From: a virus
Taxonomy: Duplodnaviria; Caudoviricetes
IMG/VR virus record: IMGVR_UViG_3300020403_001435
Span: 1-31,791 of that record
DNA: 31,791 bases
Direction: 5' to 3' (one strand)
The notes beneath the pieces were generated by a model, which did not search any database, was not told the origin of the DNA, and was given only the letters and a program-made list of their open reading frames with translations. Shown piece by piece: positions 1-8,986 of the stretch (positions are counted from its first letter, which is position 1; each line of letters begins with the position of its first letter). Position numbers and translations under genes: made by a program.

Positions 1-10
1 ATATACAAGT

Positions 11-322
11 TCATCTTCTTTGCCCACTAAGTGTCTCCCAGGTTTTGTATTTTTCCTGTTCTTTTAGAAATACTGTGTATAGTTCACGTAGTGCAGTATT
101 CTTTTGAATCAGATCCCAGTCTGGCATGGGATCTTTTATCTCCCACCATTCATCTGGTCTTGGCATTCCAGTGCCTGGTATAAATCCTTCCGGGTTGCCA
201 CCTACAATCCATCGTGGGATGTCTGGCAAATCTCTATATCTTGCATAAACAATGCCTGCGGCACGTTCATATATTAGTGGTTCACCAGGTATTAGTTTAG
301 GTTGCGTATTCTGTTGCGGCAT
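11..322 (-). CDS. hypothetical phage protein
   Basis: 103-aa ORF, same strand as and overlapping the end of apt; no recognisable motif. Confidence 0.6.
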   Translation of the reverse strand: MPQQNTQPKLIPGEPLIYERAAGIVYARYRDLPDIPRWIVGGNPEGFIPGTGMPRPDEWWEIKDPMPDWDLIQKNTALRELYTVFLKEQEKYKTWETLSGQRR

Positions 323-818
323 AGAAGTCTATTCCTTGTTCTCGAATTTGTTTACTACCACCTAAAAAACTAAGATCCATTGCGCAGGCAACAGCAACAG
401 GTGTAGCATGTAGTTCATATATCATGTCAATAGCCGCTTGCATTGTACCGCCAGTAGCCATTAAATCATCTATAATTATAACACGATCTCCTCTACTAAT
501 GCTATCTTTTTGTATCTCCATAGTAGCAGTTCCATATTCAAGTTCGAATGTATTGCTTACTACTGCACCTGGAAGTTTCCCTTGCTTGCGGCATAGTACA
601 AGTGGACAACGTGTGCGATGTGCAAGCACACCACCAAAAATAAAACCTCTTGCATCCAGTCCTACAATTTTATCGCAGGGCATATATTTTAGGAGGTTAT
701 CATACATATAGTTGTTTACAAGTCTAAATCCTTCACCAGCACATAGACTTGCTGTGCATTTAAAATCTACACCCTTTTTAGGAAAGTCCTGATAACTTTT
801 AATATATTGTTTGATCAT
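297..818 (-). CDS. apt: adenine phosphoribosyltransferase
   Basis: APRT signatures: DFPKKG, GLDARGFIFG, RKQGKLPG, LEYGT, and PRPP-binding IIDDLMATGGT; typical length (173 aa). Confidence 0.92.
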   Translation of the reverse strand: MIKQYIKSYQDFPKKGVDFKCTASLCAGEGFRLVNNYMYDNLLKYMPCDKIVGLDARGFIFGGVLAHRTRCPLVLCRKQGKLPGAVVSNTFELEYGTATMEIQKDSISRGDRVIIIDDLMATGGTMQAAIDMIYELHATPVAVACAMDLSFLGGSKQIREQGIDFYAATEYAT

Positions 819-1501
819 AAAGTTACATTGCCTATATATTCAATATCACTAAATCCACTGACTTTTAACCAGGCTCTATCTGTAAAGCCTGTGTTTGCTG
901 TACTGTGTGGAACTCCACGCCAGTGAAAATCAATGACATCACCCTTGCGCCATCCTGCCCATTGCTCTGTCCCCATTTGAAAGACATGTCCATCTTCCCA
1001 ATCGTTGAGAGCAACAAAGAATCTGCGCAAAGGTTTCATTCCCACTGGCTGTAATGTTTTACGATCAAATGGAACTTGACTTAAATCTTTATGTTCTTGT
1101 AAAAAACTAGTCATTATGTCAAAATGTAGTCTTGTTATATTGTTAGGAGTTTGATAGTTAACATTTGCAGTAACATTTGTAACTTGTAACAAGTCTATCA
1201 TTTTTTGTAATAAATCATCTATAGGATATTTGTCATAACTTTTATGATAACCAAATTCATTTACTTTGCCTATTTCACTTGCAAGAGTACAGTTGTTAGC
1301 ATCGGGCGGTGTGTTAGGCTTGTGCCACTCCCAATTACCGCCTATATTTCCTATCAATCTATAGGGAGGTATATCTTCGTTCCAGAAGCGATTACTAATT
1401 GCATAACCGAAGTCAATACTATCATAATCAGAATTATCTAAAAAGTCTAACCAATCCTGGCATGTTTCAATCTGATCAAACAGTTCATTATAGTTCAGCA
1501 T
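815..1501 (-). CDS. 2OG-Fe(II) oxygenase/cupin-like protein
   Basis: HxD (LHFD), distal His (VPHSTAN) and downstream Arg; C-terminal half aligns by eye with 8983..9507. Confidence 0.65.
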   Translation of the reverse strand: MLNYNELFDQIETCQDWLDFLDNSDYDSIDFGYAISNRFWNEDIPPYRLIGNIGGNWEWHKPNTPPDANNCTLASEIGKVNEFGYHKSYDKYPIDDLLQKMIDLLQVTNVTANVNYQTPNNITRLHFDIMTSFLQEHKDLSQVPFDRKTLQPVGMKPLRRFFVALNDWEDGHVFQMGTEQWAGWRKGDVIDFHWRGVPHSTANTGFTDRAWLKVSGFSDIEYIGNVTL

Positions 1502-1511
1502 TCATTCTCCA

Positions 1512-1889
1512 TTAACTAGGCATTGTAAACAGTGCTTTTACGCCGTTTTCTGTATGACGTCTTGCAAAAACACACCATTGTATTACGTGTTGGTCTTTAT
1601 AGTGTTCTTCTATATATTCTCGGAAACTTGTTCCCGTTGTATATACATCATCTGCAATAAGAACAGGATGATGTGGGTTACCAGTTCCATATTCATTTAG
1701 TGCTTCACCTAGCGGCACACCGCCACGTGGTATACCTTCTGCTCTGCTAAAAGGTCCTTTTTGATAATCCATAATCATTTTTGCTAAACAACGCCATTCA
1801 TCTGTTGTAATAGCATCACATTCAATTTTCCATGCTAGTGGAAGTCCTGCATGTGAAATGAAGTCTCCGTCTTGAAATAATAATGTCAT
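1512..1889 (-). CDS. small type I phosphoribosyltransferase (orotate PRTase-like)
   Basis: F.SHAG..L.WKIECD N-terminus, GIPRGG, and PRPP-binding loop LIADDVYTTGTS. Confidence 0.75.
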   Translation of the reverse strand: MTLLFQDGDFISHAGLPLAWKIECDAITTDEWRCLAKMIMDYQKGPFSRAEGIPRGGVPLGEALNEYGTGNPHHPVLIADDVYTTGTSFREYIEEHYKDQHVIQWCVFARRHTENGVKALFTMPS

Positions 1890-2747
1890 TTAATAACTCT
1901 GTGCTAGACGCCACATCAAGTATTCTTTACTTTCGATTGGCTCATATTTTGCAGGTTCATCACGCAGATTCTGCACAATTGTTCCTGGTGTTGGATCCAC
2001 AAAATGTGGCATGCTATAACGTTCTAAATGTATGTGACTGTTTACAACTCTATGTTTTGTACTTACAAAATAATCATTAGTCCAGCGTTGTAATAAGTCA
2101 CCAATGTTAACAACAACACTGTCTTTTTCGTAAGGCACAGGATGCCATGTGCCTTCAAGATCCTGTACTTGTAGACCTGGGACATCGTTTATTTGCCATA
2201 ATAAAGTTATAGTTCCATAATCTGAATGTTCACCTATACGCATCTGCCTATGTTCAAGTTCACCTTTGTAAGCAGGATAATGTATAACACGAGTTGTGTT
2301 AAAAGGATTCTGATGTGCATCTACTAGGGTTGTGCCTGTATCTAAAATAGTATCAAACTTTTCTAGTATTCTTATTGATAGGTTATCAGCAATCTTTACA
2401 CTAGCTCTTGCTGAATTTGTAAACTCTACTTCTGTTGGCCATAGTGCTGGATCCATACGAGTATCACTATAGTTGTAACTTTCTTTCATATCAGTAGGTG
2501 CTGTTGGATCTACATTTTCCGCACCCATTACACTGTAACCTAAATTTGTTTCCTTCTGATATGAATATTTTTTCTTAACATCCAGTGGCAATGCAAAAAA
2601 CTCTTTCATTTTTGTATGCCATAGATTCATTATCTGCTGATCAATATCACTCAGTGTGTTAGTAAAGACTGCGAAGCCTACAGTTGTGTAGGCCTCGCGA
2701 ATCTCATCTAGTGCTGATTCACTATTGAAATCAATCACTGGGATCAT
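1890..2747 (-). CDS. isopenicillin N synthase-family 2OG-Fe(II) dioxygenase
   Basis: IPVIDF N-terminus, GEHSDYGTITLL (HxD), NIGDLLQRWTND, STKHRV (distal His), RYS (2OG binding). Confidence 0.9.
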   Translation of the reverse strand: MIPVIDFNSESALDEIREAYTTVGFAVFTNTLSDIDQQIMNLWHTKMKEFFALPLDVKKKYSYQKETNLGYSVMGAENVDPTAPTDMKESYNYSDTRMDPALWPTEVEFTNSARASVKIADNLSIRILEKFDTILDTGTTLVDAHQNPFNTTRVIHYPAYKGELEHRQMRIGEHSDYGTITLLWQINDVPGLQVQDLEGTWHPVPYEKDSVVVNIGDLLQRWTNDYFVSTKHRVVNSHIHLERYSMPHFVDPTPGTIVQNLRDEPAKYEPIESKEYLMWRLAQSY

Positions 2748-3814
2748 TATTTTGGTACCACCGCATCAATACCCTCAACATAATACATCATTGTGTTAAG
2801 GTGTTGATCGTCAGCAACAACGCCGTCTGCAAGTTGCAACTTGCCAGTGTTGTCTTTGATAGGACCTGTAAATGCAAAGTACTCGCCATTCTCGATTGCG
2901 TCTTTGATTGATTGTGCTTTTGCTTTTACATCATCAGGCATATTTGTGAATGGAGCCATTTGCACAGCATCTTCATTCATATGACCAAAGTAGTCCTCAA
3001 CTTGCCAGTTTCCATCAATAACCTGTCCAACCTTTTTAATGTAGTAAGGTCCCCAGTTATCAATTGTTGCTGTGAGTTGTGCTTTAGGAGCAAACTTAAT
3101 TTGATCACTTGCCTGACCAAAACCTAACTTACCTTTAAGTTCAGCGGCTTGTAGTGGAGCAGGTGAATCAGTATGTTGTGCTACCATATCACAACCTTCA
3201 GCCATCATAACATTTGCTGCATTTGCTTCTTTGCCTGGATCATACCAAGTGTTTACCCATACAACATCAATATCAATATTAGGATTTACACTCTTTGCAC
3301 CCAAGTAGTATGTGTTAATTTCACGGATAACTTCTGGAATAGGATATGCGCCTACATAGCAAATCTTGTTTGTCTTTGTCATTAGTCCAGCAATAACACC
3401 CTGCACATGGCGTGCTTGGTATAGGCGTAAACCATATGTACTCATGTTGTCATGACGCTTATAACCTGTTGCATGTTCGAATTTAACATCCGGAAATTCT
3501 TTTGCAACTTTTAGCATTGGTTCCATGTAGCCAAAACTTGTAGCAAAGATAATATCTACGCCACTACTCGCCATGTCGCGAATAACACGTTCTGCTTCAG
3601 GTCCATATTGCACACTTTCGATATAAATCGTCTCTACTTTATCTCCGTATGCTTCTTCTACCTGTTGACGTCCAATGTCATGACGGTATGTCCATCCATG
3701 GTCACCAATAGGTCCAACGTATACAAAACCTACCTTTACAGGTTCTGCAACTGCGCTTACAGTAAGAGCAAAGAGTGCCATTACTGCAATAGCAAATGTT
3801 TTAATGATATTCAT
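2747..3814 (-). CDS. BMP-family ABC transporter substrate-binding protein (purine/nucleoside-type)
   Basis: Sec signal peptide ending AVA-EP; KVGFVYVGPIGDHGW, FATSFGY, PIPEVIREIN, WVNTWYDP, QHTDS motifs typical of proteobacterial BMP proteins. Confidence 0.9.
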   Translation of the reverse strand: MNIIKTFAIAVMALFALTVSAVAEPVKVGFVYVGPIGDHGWTYRHDIGRQQVEEAYGDKVETIYIESVQYGPEAERVIRDMASSGVDIIFATSFGYMEPMLKVAKEFPDVKFEHATGYKRHDNMSTYGLRLYQARHVQGVIAGLMTKTNKICYVGAYPIPEVIREINTYYLGAKSVNPNIDIDVVWVNTWYDPGKEANAANVMMAEGCDMVAQHTDSPAPLQAAELKGKLGFGQASDQIKFAPKAQLTATIDNWGPYYIKKVGQVIDGNWQVEDYFGHMNEDAVQMAPFTNMPDDVKAKAQSIKDAIENGEYFAFTGPIKDNTGKLQLADGVVADDQHLNTMMYYVEGIDAVVPK

Positions 3815-5711
3815 TTGATTTTCCTTTCGAGGGTGTTAGGGGAATATCGTCCCCAGGCAGGATCGACTCTGCCTTTATAATTGATTTGCCAAAACCTTGA
3901 CGTCTTCGAAAATATAATCTCGACATGTATTCGCTCTCTGACAGATTAGGTTCTGGAATATTAATAATATAACTTGTTGGTTGCTTTGTCAATTTGTTTC
4001 CTTTTAGAAACTCGTCGAAGTTGTATTCACAATCTACTTTGTAAGGATACTTAGCATGAGGACTAGTTGTAAATACACGCTGATAATTACGTAAAGCAAA
4101 CCATAAGTCCTTGTCGATTTGCAAAAATTCTTTAGTATAAACACTGTCCACAAAGTTTAATATTTCTGATCTGTTTTTATGAAACTCTTGTTGGGCATCC
4201 CATAGTAGTGTATGTCCATCAAATTCAACAGTGCCCATGCCTGTTTTTAGATAGTGTCTAATATTATCCTGTGCTTTGCAGTATAGCCTGTTTACTAATC
4301 CTGTGTCCTGCTTTATACATGACAATAAATGATCATACATAATTCTATATGGCATTCCTCTAGTGTGTTTCCAACGAGTGTATACTTGTGTCCAACCAAA
4401 ACAATGAAAGTTGTTAATCATCCAACTATACATCCAACCCTGTGCTAGTTGTTCTCTTGGCATATAACGTGTGCCTACTACAAGTTCTGCATTTTCTAAT
4501 ATTTCATCTTCTGCGCCACTTCCACTTACATACCCTTGTGCTATTACTGTTTCTAGTCCATGTAGTTTACGTTGTTCTGGTGTGTTAAGTTCTGCATTCT
4601 CCAACAACTGTAACAACCAACTTTCTATAGCACCGTGTTGTCCTGCTTCAATAATAGAACACAATCCGTCTGCCCAGGAATCATATGTTTCTTCTGGCAA
4701 TCCTAATATTAGTTCGCTGTAACTTTGTATGCCTTCTTTATTACACTTTGCAAATAATTCCTTAAGGTTGCTAATATCCATGTTCTTTCTTTTTATGGTT
4801 TCCAAAACATTATCATCCATGCTTTGTACACTTAGCGTCATACCACGGTTGAATCCACCTGTAGTAAACTTTTTAACAATTTGTAATACTTTATCACTTG
4901 CATTTTTATACCATGTAGCATCCACTACTCTGGGGTATCCTGTAGTTTTTTGCAGACGTAATAGTTCATCTGTGATTGCCATATCACGCTCAAAGAATAC
5001 GCCAAAGTTTGCATCTGCAATAGTAACAAAATCTATCTTATTATCTGCAATCCATTTAAGTTCTGCAAATACTTTTTCCAGTGGAAACTTGCGTATTTTT
5101 GCATATGTTAAACTGCCCCAATCACAGAATGTACACTGGAAAGGACAACCTCGATTAGTTTCCAGTGTAATGTTAAAAACATAATCTGGATTATTCTTAA
5201 TAATGTTATCAAATACACCACTTAGCATTGGACTGGGTATTTCCAAATCATTAAGTCTTGCGCCCTGGTAAACACTGAGTGGAGTGTCTCCCTGCTGTAT
5301 TTGTTCAAGTATTTGTGTAAAAGTTTCTTCACCTTCAGTGAGGCAAACACTGTCTACATATGGATGTTCTGTAAAAAACTTATGGGTAGGTTTATCTGTA
5401 ACTTGCGGGCCTCCCATTACAATGAAGCATTGGGGAAACTTTTGTTTAATTTGTTGAGCAAGTTTTTTGTTGTATTCCCAGTTCCACATATAGCAACTAA
5501 AAAATGCTACATCTATACGGTTGTGTCTGGCAACAAAGTCGTCAATTGGTTCTCTGCGGAAAACAATATCAGCAAGATTATAGTTTTTGGCTACCCAGTT
5601 AAACTGTTTTGCGTAACTCCACAAACAGCCTACACTGTATGGTAACCAATAACCTTCGAGGCTACCAACTCCAAATTTAAAGTTAGGCTGTACTAGAACT
5701 ATTTGTTTCAT
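3801..5711 (-). CDS. cobalamin (B12)-binding radical SAM protein
   Basis: N-terminal B12-binding domain (FSCYMWN, VMGGPQV, GEGEE-like TEGEE) and ETNRGCPFQCTFCDWG CxxxCxxC motif; start moved to MKQIVLVQPN at 5711. Confidence 0.88.
   Translation of the reverse strand: MKQIVLVQPNFKFGVGSLEGYWLPYSVGCLWSYAKQFNWVAKNYNLADIVFRREPIDDFVARHNRIDVAFFSCYMWNWEYNKKLAQQIKQKFPQCFIVMGGPQVTDKPTHKFFTEHPYVDSVCLTEGEETFTQILEQIQQGDTPLSVYQGARLNDLEIPSPMLSGVFDNIIKNNPDYVFNITLETNRGCPFQCTFCDWGSLTYAKIRKFPLEKVFAELKWIADNKIDFVTIADANFGVFFERDMAITDELLRLQKTTGYPRVVDATWYKNASDKVLQIVKKFTTGGFNRGMTLSVQSMDDNVLETIKRKNMDISNLKELFAKCNKEGIQSYSELILGLPEETYDSWADGLCSIIEAGQHGAIESWLLQLLENAELNTPEQRKLHGLETVIAQGYVSGSGAEDEILENAELVVGTRYMPREQLAQGWMYSWMINNFHCFGWTQVYTRWKHTRGMPYRIMYDHLLSCIKQDTGLVNRLYCKAQDNIRHYLKTGMGTVEFDGHTLLWDAQQEFHKNRSEILNFVDSVYTKEFLQIDKDLWFALRNYQRVFTTSPHAKYPYKVDCEYNFDEFLKGNKLTKQPTSYIINIPEPNLSESEYMSRLYFRRRQGFGKSIIKAESILPGDDIPLTPSKGKSNEYH
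3823..3874 (-). promoter_or_regulatory. structured leader with tandem hairpins upstream of the BMP gene (candidate cis-regulatory RNA)
   Basis: Minus strand reads AGGCAG-AGTCGATC-CTGCCT, then GGGGA-CGATAT-TCCCC, then CCT-CGAA-AGG overlapping the AAAGGA ribosome-binding site; GC-rich in an AT-rich context. Confidence 0.45.
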
Positions 5712-6627
5712 TTTCTCTATGCAAATCCAGTGTAACACAATGGTGTCCACCGCCCAATGTTCTGCTATGTCTAAGGGGAATGTTAATTGATTCTACATCA
5801 TATTTAGCAAGTGCTTCTGTCAGTGCAGGTACATTAGAATCAATTAGTGCAGTGTTTGGATCGAGCATAAGAAAATTTAATTGAATATAAACACTTGCAT
5901 AAGGGTAGTTAAGGAATTGTTTGTCAGGCATATGTTCTTTGCCCAACCATATAATATCCCAATCCTTAAATACTTTGGGCAAATTTTCAGGTGTAATTTT
6001 ATCTTTATTTAGAACAACAAGTCCCTCTCTAACAGGAACGACTGTTGCATCAATATGAACACCAGTATAACTGTTTGTCACTTCCACTGTGTAATCAGGA
6101 AATTGTTCTTGTAACCAGTGAGCACCTGCAAGGTTGCCGCTTACACTTTCCAGATATAATAATGTATTGTTTAACCTAGACACATTTGCGGCATCAAAGA
6201 AAATACCCTGATCACGTGGCACAGTCAACACTCTGCCAGCATTTTCAAATATCCAAGGATATGCAGTATTTTCAATCTCTCTTTCAGCGTACAGCATATT
6301 ACAATCTACAACTGTATCGCCCACAACCAAAAGCCTGTCACGTGGACAGTAATTGTACATACCATCTATTTCTTGAAAGTTTATATGATCAGGACGTAGC
6401 ACTTTAACACCACGTTGTTCAAGCACATTACAGAAGTTATCCAAATCTTCTTGTGATTCTTCAATCACTTGAGGATCTGCAGGCCCACTAGGGACAGGAG
6501 TTTCACGCCAAAGCGTGGTCTCCTCCTGATTTCTAAACGTACCTTTTGTTGGCCAGTTAGCATCAGTTGCACTGCCCACTACAATTGTACGTAAACTATC
6601 CCATTCATTATGAGTACTAATCTTCAT
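5683..6627 (-). CDS. amidinotransferase (glycine / inosamine-phosphate amidinotransferase family)
   Basis: NEWDSLRTIVVG N-terminus, YCPRD, FDAAN, HID, and C-terminal GGGHHCVTLD with catalytic Cys; start at 6627 forms a TAATG overlap with the folE stop. Confidence 0.88.
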   Translation of the reverse strand: MKISTHNEWDSLRTIVVGSATDANWPTKGTFRNQEETTLWRETPVPSGPADPQVIEESQEDLDNFCNVLEQRGVKVLRPDHINFQEIDGMYNYCPRDRLLVVGDTVVDCNMLYAEREIENTAYPWIFENAGRVLTVPRDQGIFFDAANVSRLNNTLLYLESVSGNLAGAHWLQEQFPDYTVEVTNSYTGVHIDATVVPVREGLVVLNKDKITPENLPKVFKDWDIIWLGKEHMPDKQFLNYPYASVYIQLNFLMLDPNTALIDSNVPALTEALAKYDVESINIPLRHSRTLGGGHHCVTLDLHRENETNSSSTA

Positions 6628-7316
6628 TAGTTGCATACAAAACTTTGCTGTAGTTTAATATTATCCATAAACTCTTTCTTAGTAGCGCCATCACTAAAGA
6701 AACTGCCTCTAAGTACAGTTGTCTGTGTTAAACTACTAGTAGCCATTATGCCTCTGTTCTCACAACAGCCATGTGTTGCTTGTACATATACACCTACATC
6801 TTCACTGCCTGTTGCACTTTGTATTTCTTTACAGATATCCATTGCAAGTTCTTCTTGTAGTGTGCCTCGTCTTGCGCACCACTGCGCTAGGCGTGTGTAT
6901 TTACTAAGTCCAATTAGTGTGTCAGCGGCAATAATACCAATATAAGCAACACCTGCAACTGGCTGATGATGATGCGAACACATGCTTTTAAGTTCACTGC
7001 GCACAACAAGCATGCCATCATATCTGTCGTTTGTGTGATTAGGAAATGCAGTTGCGTTAGGCTTACTGTCATAACGTCCAGACATCAGTTCTTTGATATA
7101 CATTTTAGCAAGTCTACGCGGTGTATCCTGACTGTTAGGATCATTTGCACGATCAATTACAAGTCCATCAAGTACACCCTCAAAGTTACGTGTAAGTTCT
7201 TCAATAAGTGCTTCTTTATCACCTTCATGTAGATAGGGTGCAATGTTATCGCCAGCCCAGTATCTGCCACCAGCATGTTCTATTCGTTGTTTAATAAGTT
7301 CGGAAGTCTTTCCCAT
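6627..7316 (-). CDS. folE: GTP cyclohydrolase I
   Basis: DTPRRLAKMY, SMCSHH, IGLSKYTR, LQEEL, ATHGCCENRG motifs. Confidence 0.95.
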   Translation of the reverse strand: MGKTSELIKQRIEHAGGRYWAGDNIAPYLHEGDKEALIEELTRNFEGVLDGLVIDRANDPNSQDTPRRLAKMYIKELMSGRYDSKPNATAFPNHTNDRYDGMLVVRSELKSMCSHHHQPVAGVAYIGIIAADTLIGLSKYTRLAQWCARRGTLQEELAMDICKEIQSATGSEDVGVYVQATHGCCENRGIMATSSLTQTTVLRGSFFSDGATKKEFMDNIKLQQSFVCN

Positions 7317-7355
7317 GTACTAAGTTCCTTTTCTAGTTTTTTTATATTTTATGAT

Positions 7356-7362
7356 GTATTTA
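7356..7362 (-). promoter_or_regulatory. late-promoter-like motif TAAATAC upstream of folE
   Basis: Plus-strand GTATTTA in the intergenic gap; the same motif recurs in other gaps and resembles the T4 late promoter TATAAATA. Confidence 0.5.
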
Positions 7363-7370
7363 GACAAATG

Positions 7371-8249
7371 TCAAATTCTTTTGTCCCAGTGTTTACTAAA
7401 ACAAAGTCTGTTTGTTGCTCCACCGCGATTATATTCAGGATAATAATCTTCAGTGTCTATACCTAGTATGACACAATTACTGGGCACAACATCCAGTTTG
7501 TCGCACCATTTTGTCTGTTCAGATTGCCAGCGTTCATATAACCATGACTCCGGATAGTGATTAATTAACTTGTGTCCTATATCTACACCAAACAAGTTTA
7601 CGTATGGATTTTGTTGATTGGTGTAGGCATCAAGTGTATCATCTGTTAAATCTCTATTGAAACGGATACCAATTCTGAAATGTTCAACAGGAAATACTTT
7701 ACTTAAACTTGTAGTGACTGTTTTAATACATGGATATGAAACGTTGTAGGTTCTATTTGTTGTTAAACTAAGATATGCCATATCAACTAACACAGGGATA
7801 TTCTGCTTTGTACATTCCTGCATTACAACGTCGTAATTACAGGGTATGTTACCTGTATCACTAAATGGCATACTTACTGCTACAACATCACCTGGTAGGA
7901 AAACTGGATCATCATCTATCCATGCAAAATCTCTGAATGTTTCTCTTGCATTTATAAGATGATACACGTATTCACCTTGCCACAGTCTTAGTCTACCTTC
8001 ACGATATTTCATATAAAACTTGTCGAATGCTTCAGTAGTACCATTACTGTATGCTACGCTTTGATAGTCGCCAAGTCCAGTAAGTGTGTTACTCTCCTGT
8101 ATCCACTGTGTATAGTCTGCTAAAAATTTTGGAACATCAGGATTAGGATAGCAGTCTACTTCATTGCGTATCCAACTTTTTAATTCTGGATCGTGTATAC
8201 TCCATACACCACCATATAGTTTATCTTTTAAGTTAGGTGTAATATTCAT
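7371..8249 (-). CDS. PLP-dependent aminotransferase-like protein (fold type I)
   Basis: SNGTTEAF, VLVDMAY, and TTSLSKVF...RIG (PLP-lysine motif). Confidence 0.7.
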   Translation of the reverse strand: MNITPNLKDKLYGGVWSIHDPELKSWIRNEVDCYPNPDVPKFLADYTQWIQESNTLTGLGDYQSVAYSNGTTEAFDKFYMKYREGRLRLWQGEYVYHLINARETFRDFAWIDDDPVFLPGDVVAVSMPFSDTGNIPCNYDVVMQECTKQNIPVLVDMAYLSLTTNRTYNVSYPCIKTVTTSLSKVFPVEHFRIGIRFNRDLTDDTLDAYTNQQNPYVNLFGVDIGHKLINHYPESWLYERWQSEQTKWCDKLDVVPSNCVILGIDTEDYYPEYNRGGATNRLCFSKHWDKRI

Positions 8250-8986
8250 TTATACTGTCTTATATCATAGGGTAAATTTTCATCTTTATCAAACCAGTAA
8301 AGACTTCTATGTGGAGGATTTTCAGCATCTGGCTGACTCCTGCTCTGATAGTAAAACAGTCTTATGCCCTTACGACTTTGATCTTCAGGACAGGTCATTG
8401 GATCCGGATACCCATGATATATTAGATTATGATATGTCCATACCAACATGTTTCCCCAATCTGGTTTTACACTGCTCAATAGTTTGTCATTGTTAAAGTC
8501 AAAGAAATTTAGGCAACCGCCCCAGTCTGCATCCCAGTCCTTGTTGAAGTATATAATAATACTAACTGCACGATGAAGATGTATCTCTTCGACCCAGTTG
8601 AAATCTGTATGAACTTGCAGTGTATCTCCACGAAAACTTTTCATATATCCTGCACCTGTTAGATAAGGATCAGGCAAAAGTTTTTCTACTCCAGTCAATT
8701 CTTCTAACCATTGTAAAAACTCTGGACTATGCAATGCGTATACTAGTTGTTCCTGTACTGGAGTAATATCAAGTTTGTTATATTCATACATACAACTGCC
8801 CTTGCGTGTAAAGTGTTTACCTTTATCAAGTGGCAGACTATCCAGTTCATCTGCACACTCCTGAGTCACACTGTTGGGTAAAAAATTTGGAATGTTAATT
8901 AAACCATAGTTAGGATGTTTTGCATAATTCAATTTTAATTTATTAAGATTGTGTTTGCTAAGGTTATCTAGTATTTGTTTTTTCAT
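8246..8986 (-). CDS. 2OG-Fe(II) oxygenase (prolyl-4-hydroxylase-like)
   Basis: LPDPYLTGAG, LQVHTDFN (HxD), WDADWGGCL, YHGYP (distal His), RK.IRLFYY. Confidence 0.85.
   Translation of the reverse strand: MKKQILDNLSKHNLNKLKLNYAKHPNYGLINIPNFLPNSVTQECADELDSLPLDKGKHFTRKGSCMYEYNKLDITPVQEQLVYALHSPEFLQWLEELTGVEKLLPDPYLTGAGYMKSFRGDTLQVHTDFNWVEEIHLHRAVSIIIYFNKDWDADWGGCLNFFDFNNDKLLSSVKPDWGNMLVWTYHNLIYHGYPDPMTCPEDQSRKGIRLFYYQSRSQPDAENPPHRSLYWFDKDENLPYDIRQYK

Noticed and set aside
3839-3874. Guanidine-II (mini-ykkC) riboswitch call for the twin hairpins
   Set aside because: That class needs two ACGR tetraloops; only one hairpin contains ACGA and not as a tetraloop. Kept only as an unnamed candidate structure
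297-7316. Interpretation as a bacterial chromosomal region because of apt, folE and BMP
   Set aside because: These genes are contiguous and co-oriented with a T4-like polymerase and phage-type genes, and ABC permease/ATPase partners are absent
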